From the NCBI RefSeq assembly GCF_963921235.1, contig NC_086109.1, forward strand, positions 28,150,001 to 28,214,000: a stretch of DNA of 64,000 nucleotides, in the 5' to 3' direction. The DNA is from Mobula hypostoma. Its lineage: Eukaryota. Shown one piece after another: positions 63,354-64,000 of the stretch (its first letter is position 1; each line of letters opens with the position of its first letter). The position numbers and the translations under genes were made by a program. The notes below the pieces were generated by a model. The model did not search any database. It had not been told where the DNA came from and saw only the letters and a list, made by a program, of their open reading frames with translations.

Positions 63354-64000
63354 TGTTACGTACCCCGTAACTGGGTTGCCAAACCAGCAGAAATGGATCA
63401 CTCAGTTGGAGTCTGGATTACTAGAACTAAGAAAGTTTTATTAAAGAAACAAGAAACACAGTAATCGAAAGGATAATAAATGCAACAGTTCGGCAATGAT
63501 AAACACACATGTGCACAGAATTAAGATAACAGCACCAATCAAGCTCTATTGTTGTCTAGGGGTAAATGACCAATTTCAAAGTGACACAAAGTTCAGTCCA
63601 ATTTAGTAGTTCAGTTCGCAGTAATCGTTGCCATGGTGATGGACAACGTGGGGGGGGGGGAGAGAGAGAGAGAGAACGGGAACGACTGATCATTCAGAAA
63701 CGGCTTCCACTCACAGACCGGCGATATTGCTCACAAGCAGCTTTCCAGGCGGGTCCTTTGTGATGTCACCTGAGGTCACCGACTGTGACCCCTCCTCCAG
63801 ATGCGGTCGATCCTCTGCAGTGAACTCGGCACCCAAGCGAGGGTGGACACACACCGGGTTCCCGCTGATCGTACCTTTCCACCCTGTGTGTTTAAGGTCC
63901 GATACTTCCCACCGACTCGTGAGAGGCGCACCGCTTCCAGGGTCTCATTACCTCGGGTGTCGTGTGTGTCCTGCCTTAGCGAACCTGTCCCTTTTTATCC
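63354..64000 (-). mobile_element. LTR of the same family as 31701-32583, running off the window
   Basis: Starts TGTTACGTACCCCGTAACTGGGTTGCC and is colinear with the first copy. Confidence 0.9.

Noticed and set aside
31701..64000. The two LTRs as the ends of one 32-kb provirus
   Set aside because: The left LTR has its own attg TSD, there is no PBS or PPT on the inner sides, and no retroviral genes lie between them.
1..64000. Prokaryote-type systems (CRISPR array, retron, operon) and true tRNA or rRNA genes
   Set aside because: There is no regularly spaced repeat-spacer array or operon-like gene density. All RT fragments belong to eukaryotic retroelements, and the tRNA-like pieces are SINE heads.

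Overview
This is eukaryotic, AT-rich DNA dominated by repeats, with no host protein-coding exon I can support. The repeat mix suggests a cartilaginous fish (inference) and an intergenic or large-intron location. It includes CR1 LINEs with microsatellite tails, many Rex1/Babar LINEs, an HE1-like SINE and a very abundant Penelope-like family. Most long ORFs in the track are decayed transposon fragments or their antisense frames. Recognisable elements are Rex1/Babar and CR1 LINEs (often nested), a decayed Mag-clade Gypsy with a tRNA-Ser PBS, solo LTRs, and RTE-like and tRNA-derived SINE remnants. DNA transposons include a Tip100/ZMYM1-like hAT (8-bp TSD), a Charlie-type hAT (8-bp TSD), two abutting Harbinger elements, Tc1 MITEs and a Chapaev3-like remnant. 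The most interesting system is a Neptune-type Penelope-like element (PLE) family. About 13 copies carry a minimal hammerhead-ribozyme motif, and one at 30291-30326 has an intact core. Several copies have 12-15 bp TSDs and a recurring inverted architecture in which only one arm carries a ~40-nt tail. Boundaries of decayed elements are approximate unless a TSD or TIR is quoted.
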